From the NCBI GenBank assembly GCA_950097015.1, contig CATNEN010000011.1, forward strand, positions 5,890,001 through 5,954,000: DNA of 64,000 bases, in the 5' to 3' direction. The notes under the pieces were generated by a model. The model worked only from the letters and a program-made list of their open reading frames with translations. It had not been told where the DNA came from and did no database searches. This DNA comes from Macrostomum hystrix (Eukaryota > Animalia > Platyhelminthes). The number at the start of each line of letters is the position of its first letter. Position 1 is the first letter of the stretch. Below, in pieces: positions 55,522-64,000 of this stretch. Made by a program: the position numbers and the translations under genes.

Positions 55522-57129
55522 TTAGCCATACGAACTGGCCAGGACAGTGTTGGAGCAAACAATCGAATCAGGGGCCGGGTAGGTCTTTGAGAAGATGTTC
55601 CAGAAGATGCCGAACACGAACATGCACGCCAGAACCACCCAGCACACGATGGACACTTTGCCCTCCCACGGCTTCTTGTCGATGTTTCGTAGAATCGGGA
55701 CTCCAGCAAAGAAGCCAGCAAGCAGGCCGCCGATGTGAGCCGCGACACTCACCGGCAGAGTCTGGGTGCCTGAGTAGCGGCCGTAGAAGGTGATGCCGAA
55801 GTCAAGGATGATGAGAAGCGTCAGATACACCAGTCTCATGATGCCACTCAGCAGAAACTTGAGCGGATTTCCTTTGATGTTCAGCCAGTCGTCCTGTAGC
55901 TCCTCCCAGTTCATCAGCACGGTAGCATAGTGAGCTCCGAAGAGGGCGTAGACGCCGCCAGAGGCTCCGATGAGCATTGTGCTCGGATCGGCGATGCTGC
56001 TGGCCATCGAGCCAATCACGACACCGATCAGGAACACTGAACCAACTCTCCAGAACTTGTGGACACACTCCAGCGGTACTCCAAGCAGTATTGACAGAAT
56101 CGTGTTGAAGACGATGTGGTGGTAGCCATTGTGCAGGAACATATAGGACAGGAAGCGCCACGCCTGCTGACGGATGCTCGGGCAGAACACGAGCGGGCTG
56201 TAATACGGAAATCCCTTGTCCCAGCCGACCTGGTTCCACTCGGGTCCCTTGGACATTTCCACAGCATAAATTATGAAGAAGATCCACACAGCGACGTAGA
56301 AGAGGGGAATGAAGAGCGGAGGCGGTCGGCAGTTGTAGGCCTCCAGGTAGCTCTCCTCGGGGATCGGCTCACCCGCTTGAGCAGCGTCCAGCTTCTCCTT
56401 CTTGAGCTTCTTCTTCGCGGCGGGCGTCATTCCTTCCACGAAGGCGTTGATCGCCCTCTTGGATCGGGACACCTCGGACTTTTTCGTGTACTTCATTCCG
56501 GTGAAGAACTCGTCCCACGACACTCGCTGATTCCCGTCCTTGTCGAGCCTCTTGAACAGGCCCTGCAGATTGCGCGATCGGTTGAAGTTGACAGCGCTTG
56601 CCATGTCCATGAACTCCTTCAGCGGCATGCCACCGGCCACTTCGTAAGGATCGAAGCGGAACTTGAAGTTGGTCGTGAGCCACTCTCGGTACTGGTCCTC
56701 AGACATGTGCTCCGCGTTGCCGCACACAGACGAGGCGCACACGCTGACAGCTGCACTGCCGCCTCCATGGCTGCCATCGGGCCTATCGTGTCCAGCTGGA
56801 GGCACTGACAGCAAGTTCCGTCCAGTCGTCGAAGCTGTGAACGTCGGCTGCTGCATCTCGAGCTTCTGGTTCTGAAACTGGGTCTTCAGCGAGTATCCCG
56901 TGCCGTTCGATGACACTCCGCCAGCGAGATTTCTCGAGTAGTTTCCTCCAGCGGGATACTGCTCACCTGTGTCGAGCTGCACCCGAACTTCGGGTACGCT
57001 GTATCCGTACTGGAGCTGCCCGGACGCTGTTGTTGTGGTGACCCTCTGCTGAGTCTGGGACTGGTAGCCTTGAGACTGGTACGACTGCTGGCCCTGCGGC
57101 TGCATTGTGTAGAAGCCGCGATTGTCCAT
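55522..57129 (-). CDS. Rhomboid intramembrane serine protease with EF-hand (RHBDL-like), copy 1, intronless
   Basis: EF-hand DKDGNQRVSWDEF, WRFLSYMFLH, catalytic GASGG (Ser) and AHIGG (His). Confidence 0.95.
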   Translation of the reverse strand: MDNRGFYTMQPQGQQSYQSQGYQSQTQQRVTTTTASGQLQYGYSVPEVRVQLDTGEQYPAGGNYSRNLAGGVSSNGTGYSLKTQFQNQKLEMQQPTFTASTTGRNLLSVPPAGHDRPDGSHGGGSAAVSVCASSVCGNAEHMSEDQYREWLTTNFKFRFDPYEVAGGMPLKEFMDMASAVNFNRSRNLQGLFKRLDKDGNQRVSWDEFFTGMKYTKKSEVSRSKRAINAFVEGMTPAAKKKLKKEKLDAAQAGEPIPEESYLEAYNCRPPPLFIPLFYVAVWIFFIIYAVEMSKGPEWNQVGWDKGFPYYSPLVFCPSIRQQAWRFLSYMFLHNGYHHIVFNTILSILLGVPLECVHKFWRVGSVFLIGVVIGSMASSIADPSTMLIGASGGVYALFGAHYATVLMNWEELQDDWLNIKGNPLKFLLSGIMRLVYLTLLIILDFGITFYGRYSGTQTLPVSVAAHIGGLLAGFFAGVPILRNIDKKPWEGKVSIVCWVVLACMFVFGIFWNIFSKTYPAPDSIVCSNTVLASSYG

Positions 57130-58449
57130 CGTAATTTTCTATAGTTTACCTATCGTCTGGCGGAGTTTGTAGATTTTTAGCCTACTTAAAAGCATTTGTC
57201 ATTTGCTGTACAATTAATTTTTATACCGAGGAGCTAGGCGTGGTCAGACATTCATTCTTTCCTGACCCACCTCTTGGCTTACACCGCATGACGAGGCGTA
57301 TGGTACAGTTAATAGCGCGCCCTGGTTTCCACTGCGCATTATTGAGATTTAGGTCGCTCTTTCTCAGCCAATGCCGTGCGAGGAACTGCAAGCTTCGGGA
57401 GGTGCTTCGCTTTTGCTGTGGCTTTTGTGTCCCACTTTCCGCTCGTCTAGTCTCCGATTTCGAATAGCCATTTCTTCCTTTTTGAGCAATTGAGCTCTGA
57501 GGCCTAATTGTTAGAGCATCGTAGAGTTCTAATCTTCCGAAAAGTTACGTCCACGGACTGAACTGAATGTACGCACAGACACTGGCTGTACATATCGTTA
57601 AGTAGTTTCTTTCCAACAGTAAAACAAGAAACTAAAAGTTTGATGACGAATCTGGAAACAAAAATGCAAGAAAACTGGCCATTCGCCTTAATTCCCAAAG
57701 CTTGCTAAACTTTTCTTCCATTTGAGAAAACAAATGCGAGTTTGAGTGCAATTTTTTTCGAACCAGAAATATGCTCGTAGTTAATACTTTCGAGGAAAGT
57801 CTATCATGGAGTGGCTTGAAGGCAGGTCATGAGGTGTGCCATGGTGGTTTAACACCCCGTGTGAGGCAGAGAACAATGGCTCGGAAAACTCTATTGACTG
57901 TGTACTCAGCGGAATGGCCCCAATAGTGCTGAGCTGTAGCTTGAGTCTAATATAGTAAAATAAGCAAAAATACAATTTTGTGCATGACTGGCGAAGCAGT
58001 TTATGGTCGCACAGTGGGTCAGACATTGTGCTGAACTATAGAAAATCATGAAACAGAAAGAATGTTTAAATGGGAACGAAGTAATATTGCTGCTTTAGTC
58101 TAGTTGCCAATGCCTTCACTGGCTTCTTAGTCGGGCCAACAAGGCATGCACCATAGCTGAGAAGGTTGGGTTGGAGTTGAGAGATCGAAGGCACAGCACT
58201 CATAAGCTCGCAAAAGCTCGGATAAGCTCTAGCCTACTCTATTCCCTTACAGTAGAAGCAGATCTGCAGGTCAGTCGCATTCTGCATGCATTTTTGTCCT
58301 GAGCAGGGAAAGGGCGAAGTCATACTAGCACGCGTGTGCTTGTGTTGCACTGACAAAACCTTGGGCGAGCCCAGTTAGACTTAAAAACACAATTAGGCAG
58401 TTAGTTTTGAGTAGCGTTTCATTTTGTTTTGTTTTATAGTAGCTCATGC

Positions 58450-58626
58450 AAAGGTGTCCTCATCAGTTCAAACTCTATCATGCTCAAGCGGTGTACAGTC
58501 ATAGCTTTGGGTTGGGGGTTAGCTAATAGGGGATATAAATTGCACAACAAGCCTCCAAACCTTCGAGGATTCGAGCTCAGGGACCTCGGAGTTGGACTTT
58601 TTACCGCCCAGCCAATCAACACCGGC
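58450..58626 (-). mobile_element. Diverged partial SINE family A copy
   Basis: The minus strand reads TTGGCTGGGCGGT...GAGCTCGAATCC...TTGGAGGCTTGTTGTGCAATT, matching family A. Confidence 0.45.
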
Positions 58627-59105
58627 CTGTTTGAGAGTTTGTCCACAAGTACATGATAATTATTTATTCGTTGTGAACACATTTAGATGAAAATTGATTT
58701 CTGAACACCACGTTCACAAAAAGGGCGTTCACGCTTGAGTTAAAATCATTTATGACGGTCCAGGTCGACACAATGCCCAAACCCAGTACAAACTGCTATG
58801 ATAGTTAATACTCTACTAAGTACGGGAAGCAGAACAGTCCAGCTCCAAAAGACAGTGTCCAGAACAAATCATAAAAGGGCCCAATGACAAAATGACAAAA
58901 AGGCATCAAGGAACTGAATCAAATATAAAAAAGTGATATGGAACAATGATCGGAAAAAGGTTCTTAAATTTTCGCCAAAATGTACATCTGATGGAAAATT
59001 GATGCGCTATTGCGACACCAGCACGAAGAAAAATTAATTAGTTGCTAAGTCTTGAGAAAATGTTTGTCCAAGCGGAGACAGCTGTGAGGGGACGCATGAG
59101 CACAC

Positions 59106-60713
59106 TTATCCGAATGACTCAGCTAGGACAGTGTTGGAGCAAACAATCGAGTCAGGGGCCGGGTAGGTCTTTGAGAAGATGTTCCAGAAGATGCCGAACA
59201 CGAACATGCACGCCAGAACCACCCAGCACACGATGGACACTTTGCCCTCCCACGGCTTCTTGTCGATGTTTCGTAGAATCGGGACTCCAGCAAAGAAGCC
59301 AGCAAGCAGGCCGCCGATATGAGCCGCGACACTCACCGGCAGAGTCTGGGTGCCTGAGTAGCGGCCGTAGAAGGTGATGCCGAAGTCAAGGATGATGAGA
59401 AGCGTCAGATACACCAGTCTCATGATGCCACTCAGCAGAAACTTGAGCGGATTTCCTTTGATGTTCAGCCAGTCGTCCTGTAGCTCCTCCCAGTTCATCA
59501 GCACGGTAGCATAGTGAGCTCCGAAGAGGGCGTAGACGCCCCCAGAGGCTCCGATGAGCATTGTGCTCGGATCGGCAATGCTGCTGGCCATCGAGCCAAT
59601 CACGACGCCTATCAGAAACACTGGACCAACTCTCCAGAACTTGTGGACACACTCCAGCGGTACTCCAAGCAGTATTGACAGAATCGTGTTGAAGACGATG
59701 TGGTGGTAGCCATTGTGCAGGAACATATAGGACAGGAAGCGCCACGCCTGCTGACGGATGCTCGGGCAGAACACGAGCGGGCTGTAATACGGAAATCCCT
59801 TGTCCCAGCCGACCTGGTTCCACTCGGGTCCCTTGGACATTTCCACAGCATAAATTATGAAGAAGATCCACACAGCGACGTAGAAGAGGGGAATGAAGAG
59901 CGGAGGCGGTCGGCAGTTGTAGGCCTCCAGGTAGCTCTCCTCGGGGATCGGCTCACCCGCTTGAGCAGCGTCCAGCTTCTCCTTCTTGAGCTTCTTCTTC
60001 GCGGCGGGCGTCATTCCTTCCACGAAGGCGTTGATCGCCCTCTTGGATCGGGACACCTCGGACTTTTTCGTGTACTTCATTCCGGTGAAGAACTCGTCCC
60101 ACGACACTCGCTGATTCCCGTCCTTGTCGAGCCTCTTGAACAGGCCCTGCAGATTGCGCGATCGGTTGAAGTTTACAGCACTTGCCATGTCCATGAACTC
60201 CTTCAGCGGCATGCCACCGGCCACTTCGTAAGGATCGAAGCGGAACTTGAAGTTGGTCGTGAGCCACTCTCGGTACTGGTCCTCAGACATGTGCTCCGCG
60301 TTGCCGCACACAGACGAGGCGCACACGCTGACAGCTGCACTGCCGCCTCCATGGCTGCCATCGGGCCTATCGTGTCCAGCTGGAGGCACTGACAGCAAGT
60401 TCCGTCCAGTCGTCGAAGCTGTGAACGTCGGCTGCTGCATCTCGAGCTTCTGGTTCTGAAACTGGGTCTTCAGCGAGTATCCCGTGCCGTTCGATGACAC
60501 TCCGCCAGCGAGATTTCTCGAGTAGTTTCCTCCAGCGGGATACTGCTCACCTGTGTCGAGCTGCACCCGAACTTCGGGTACGCTGTATCCGTACTGGAGC
60601 TGCCCGGACGCTGTTGTTGTGGTGACCCTCTGCTGAGTCTGGGACTGGTAGCCTTGAGACTGGTACGACTGCTGTCCCTGCGGCTGCATGGTGTAGAAGC
60701 CGCGATTGTCCAT
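59106..60713 (-). CDS. Rhomboid with EF-hand, copy 2, intronless
   Basis: Same motifs as copy 1. It differs from copy 1 at 3 amino acids (S/P, S/E, Y/F). Confidence 0.95.
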   Translation of the reverse strand: MDNRGFYTMQPQGQQSYQSQGYQSQTQQRVTTTTASGQLQYGYSVPEVRVQLDTGEQYPAGGNYSRNLAGGVSSNGTGYSLKTQFQNQKLEMQQPTFTASTTGRNLLSVPPAGHDRPDGSHGGGSAAVSVCASSVCGNAEHMSEDQYREWLTTNFKFRFDPYEVAGGMPLKEFMDMASAVNFNRSRNLQGLFKRLDKDGNQRVSWDEFFTGMKYTKKSEVSRSKRAINAFVEGMTPAAKKKLKKEKLDAAQAGEPIPEESYLEAYNCRPPPLFIPLFYVAVWIFFIIYAVEMSKGPEWNQVGWDKGFPYYSPLVFCPSIRQQAWRFLSYMFLHNGYHHIVFNTILSILLGVPLECVHKFWRVGPVFLIGVVIGSMASSIADPSTMLIGASGGVYALFGAHYATVLMNWEELQDDWLNIKGNPLKFLLSGIMRLVYLTLLIILDFGITFYGRYSGTQTLPVSVAAHIGGLLAGFFAGVPILRNIDKKPWEGKVSIVCWVVLACMFVFGIFWNIFSKTYPAPDSIVCSNTVLAESFG

Positions 60714-62012
60714 CGCTCTTCAAGGGTTTCGTGTTGCCTTTGTCAAGATTCGAAACTAAGGAGCATTCGACGTGAACTTTCTTTTACTGTATTAGCTTTT
60801 AGTCTTTGAGGCTCCTGAACTGTCTGATGCAGCCCCTTTTGTACCCCTAAAAATTGTCCTTAGTTGATTGTTAGAATTCTCTAGCTTCAAGTGCTAGGCA
60901 CCACTTGGTCTCGGCGATTTTCAACCAGTCCGACTGCTTCCAGGGCCACCCTTCTCATTTCTCATTTTCGTTTACAGCCCCTCGAATCACCAAAGTGATA
61001 TGCAGAACTTTTGTGTGTGCTCTGCTATGCAGTTTCTAGCTGGGTGCTTTGCTGTATTAACAAAAATTTGTCTATCGCGTCCAACTACTCTGCTCTGAGA
61101 AGTCTCAAGCCTTTCTTTTGTGGGACTGCGCCAACAATAATGCAACACGAGAGTTGGTCGAGTGTTGTGTGTCTCCAATGCCCCCACTTGTCTTTTAAAT
61201 GGGCTTGGTCTAGGCTTGTGCAGCATTCTGCGACGACGCATTCTGAATTTTAAATTATTAGTTTTCCTGCCAATTGTCTACGAACGAAATAAAAGCTTCA
61301 AATGGTTGGTACACATCCATTTGCTTATGCGGGTCTGCTTCTATTCTAGCTGAGCCCGATGCGAAACGTGCTCGATACCCCAAAGAAAGATTTGGTTTTG
61401 TGCAGCACAGTTCATCATCTCAATTTGAACAATGGACTGCACTGCCTGGCCCCACAGGCTCAGCTAGCAACATTATTTTCTGAGCTCAGGGGCTGTATAA
61501 TATGAGCGCATTTAGTTGGCCAGAGGTTGCCAAAACCCTTTGCCTTATGCCATATATTACAATAGCTTTATAGGTGAGCCGCTTTGGTCCACGTAGCAAC
61601 AGACGATGAAAAGGAAATCACAAAAGCCCAATTTCGTCATAATGCTTCTTTTCTAACAAACCAGAATGCACTTTTCTAAGATTATCTGTTTTTAGTGTGT
61701 CAACATCGAAACGAAAAAAATAGATATCGATTTATATCCATCCAATTTGGCAGCCTTGCGTTTGTCATTTTTTTGGCTTTTAAGACTGTATCGAGAGTAA
61801 ATAACAATAATTATCAGCATTTACTCAATAGACTGCAGCAGGCAGTCTAGACGAGATTTATTTTTTATAGCGCAAGAAAATATAGGACAAATAAGAAGCT
61901 AGAAAAAAATAAGTGTTTGAAATAAAAGGACAGCAATATAGAAACAGTAGATTAAAAAGGCCAGGTTGTCTAGAAATCAGATGGACGAACATCAATCAAC
62001 CAATCAGCAGGT

Positions 62013-64000
62013 TCAGTCGAGGTTGAAACTTCGCTGTCGACCCCGCACTCCCGAACTTCGAGCCAACACTGGGTCGCCCTGGCGGCCGTCTGTGGCCGTC
62101 ACTACAATGCGCGGATTGTCGAGCGGCCCGGCTCCATCGCCGCCGAAGCGACCTTTGTTACGATCCTTATCGAAATCAAAACGATCGCTGCCTTTATCAA
62201 AGCCCGAACCACTTCGACCGCTTCTGCTCAAGTCTGAGCGATCTTGGCCTCCGTCAAAGTTCAACCCGCTGCGACCTCCTCTGTTGAAGCTCAAACTGTC
62301 TTGTCCTCTGTCAAAGCTCGCGCCGCCTCGACCGCTTTTGCTCAGGTCCGAGCGGTCTTGTCCTCGATCAAAGCTTGAGCCGCCTCGACCGCTTTTGCTC
62401 AGGTCCGAGCGGTCTTGTCCTCGATCAAAGCTTGAGCCGCCTCGACCGCTTTTGCTCAGGTCCGAGCGGTCTTGTCCTCGATCAAAGCTTGAGCCGCCTC
62501 GACCGCTTTTGCTCAGGTCCGAGCGGTCTTGTCCACGATCAAAGCTTGAGCCGCCTCGACCGCTTTTGCTCAGGTCCGAGCGGTCTTGTCCTCGGTCAAA
62601 GCTTGAGCCGCCTCGACCGATTTTGCTCAGGTCCGAGCGGTCTTGTCCTCGGTCAAAGTTCGAGCCGCCTCGACCGCTTTTGCTCAGGTCCGAGCGGTCT
62701 TGTCCTCGGTCAAAGTTCGAGCCGCCTCGACCGCTTTTGCTCAGGTCCGAGCGGTCTTGTCCTCGGTCAAAGTTCGAGCCGCCTCGACCGCCTTTGCTCA
62801 GGTCTGAACGGTCCTGACCATTTTCTAGTCGACCCGAGCCTAGAGCAGCGAGGTCGTCTTCATCGCGAGCGATTCGACCAAAGCGTGAGAATCGGTCTTT
62901 GTCGGCGTCAAAGCGATCCAGATTTCGATCTAGGTTGCGCGGACTTTGCCTCAGGCCCTTGTCAGAGTCTGTCCGTCCACGTCCCCTCTCGAGGTCCGGC
63001 GGGCTCCTAGACTCTGCACGACCGCGGCTTCTGTCCCAGTCTCGAGGGCTGCGCTTGAGATCGCTTTCAAAGTCTGTTGCTCTGGCTGCTCGCCTGTCAG
63101 AATCAAGGCCTCCGCTTGGCTTCTTGTCCGGCAGTGGCTTCTTATCTGTCGCTGATTTTTCCTGGCTGGGTCGGGCATTCAGACTGCGGCCTGGAATTTT
63201 ATCCGAATTCTGGCGACTCCGATCATCCAGAAGATTCCTGGGACTGCGCTTTTGATCCTTGTCAAGCGGAAGCTCTTCTGCGGCCCTGGTGGATCGCTTT
63301 GCTTCAAGACTTCCACTGACCCGTCTCTCCGGATGCTTCTTGTCGGGTGACTTCTCACTGTCGAGAGTCTTTTTGCGAAGCTTCGACTTGCCAAATGCGT
63401 CCAGCGAGCTCTCACTGTCGGATGAGACACGGCTGGTGCGACTCAACATCTTCTTTTTGTCCAACGGCGCCGGCGACTTGCTCAGCGGTCGCCGCTTTCG
63501 GCTTGCGGCATCAGACGATGAAGATGAACCCGAGGAGCTGGTAGAAGTGGCGCGACCTCGAGACGACTTGGAGCGGTCATTGGACTTCCTTGGGCCAGCT
63601 CGTTTCTGCTCCTGCAGCTTCCTGCGCTTCTTCTCCAGCAATTTTTTATTCTTCTCCTCCTCAGCGCGCTGCTTCTCCAGCAACTCCTGGCGGATGCGTT
63701 CAAAGCTCTCATTGTCGCTGCGCAGACGCAGGTCCTTGAACAGAAATTTACCGGCATCAGAAGCCTGCAGCTCCACAGATTTGTCCTTTTTTAGCCAAGA
63801 ATCGTCTTTGCTGCGCGGAGCGAACGACACCTGAACGGCGTAGGGCAGGCGAACGCAGCCGTGCTCGGGATTGTAATCATCGTGCGACTTCACCGAGTCA
63901 TTTGAGTCGCTGCTTGTTGCTTCGCTCTCGCTTTTAGTCGAGTCACCATCTTGGTCGCTGCTGCTCGGCATTGAACTCTTGAGGCTGGATCTTCGGCGGC
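62013..64000 (-). CDS. Charged low-complexity protein exon with 19-aa (57-bp) tandem repeats; the frame stays open past the window edge
   Basis: At least 652 aa are open. Repeat FDRGQDRSDLSKSGRGGSS occurs ~10 times at ~62200-62815. There is no in-frame stop between 63971 and 64000. Confidence 0.7.
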   Translation of the reverse strand, partial: RRRSSLKSSMPSSSDQDGDSTKSESEATSSDSNDSVKSHDDYNPEHGCVRLPYAVQVSFAPRSKDDSWLKKDKSVELQASDAGKFLFKDLRLRSDNESFERIRQELLEKQRAEEEKNKKLLEKKRRKLQEQKRAGPRKSNDRSKSSRGRATSTSSSGSSSSSDAASRKRRPLSKSPAPLDKKKMLSRTSRVSSDSESSLDAFGKSKLRKKTLDSEKSPDKKHPERRVSGSLEAKRSTRAAEELPLDKDQKRSPRNLLDDRSRQNSDKIPGRSLNARPSQEKSATDKKPLPDKKPSGGLDSDRRAARATDFESDLKRSPRDWDRSRGRAESRSPPDLERGRGRTDSDKGLRQSPRNLDRNLDRFDADKDRFSRFGRIARDEDDLAALGSGRLENGQDRSDLSKGGRGGSNFDRGQDRSDLSKSGRGGSNFDRGQDRSDLSKSGRGGSNFDRGQDRSDLSKIGRGGSSFDRGQDRSDLSKSGRGGSSFDRGQDRSDLSKSGRGGSSFDRGQDRSDLSKSGRGGSSFDRGQDRSDLSKSGRGGSSFDRGQDRSDLSKSGRGGASFDRGQDSLSFNRGGRSGLNFDGGQDRSDLSRSGRSGSGFDKGSDRFDFDKDRNKGRFGGDGAGPLDNPRIVVTATDGRQGDPVLARSSGVRGRQRSFNLD

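Noticed and set aside
55522-60713. Rhomboid duplication as a haplotype or assembly artefact
   Set aside because: The flanks are unrelated and the differences are codon-structured, mostly synonymous.
60973-61497. Possible MITE bounded by TACAGCCCCT inverted repeats
   Set aside because: Only ~10 bp match, which is too short to call without other copies.
55482-63834. Alternate-frame ORFs over the rhomboids and the terminal ORF (for example 56116-56808, 61966-62817)
   Set aside because: They are antisense shadows produced by GC-rich codon usage and repeats.

Overview
Eukaryotic (metazoan) genomic DNA. The GC-rich exons, many minisatellites and gene content would fit a flatworm such as Macrostomum, but that is only an inference. 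The main feature is a complete 16.9-kb Polinton/Maverick (adintovirus-like) element at 4071-20965. It has ~300-bp terminal inverted repeats, AGT/ACT termini and a 6-bp GCTGCT target-site duplication. Its genes are apparently intact and all on the + strand: protein-primed PolB, dUTPase, PLA2-domain protein, packaging ATPase, minor and major capsid proteins, integrase with chromodomain, basic core protein and adenain-like protease. Ahead of PolB it also carries two unusual genes: a two-repeat TATA-binding-protein (TBP) homologue and an intron-containing putative ssDNA-binding protein. A TATAAG motif sits 42-43 nt upstream of three virion-protein genes. Together these suggest, as a hypothesis, an element-encoded transcription switch. 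The element appears to have split a Gln-rich host exon at its CAG repeat. Host genes in the rest of the window are a 4-TM MS4A/CD20-like gene, a DEG/ENaC channel, DTWD2, a PACC1/TMEM206 proton-activated chloride channel homologue, two tandem intronless EF-hand rhomboids showing gene conversion, and a 5'-truncated repeat-rich ORF. There are also about 13 non-coding minisatellite arrays, tRNA-derived SINEs and two MITEs. All calls come from motif recognition by eye; no searches were run.
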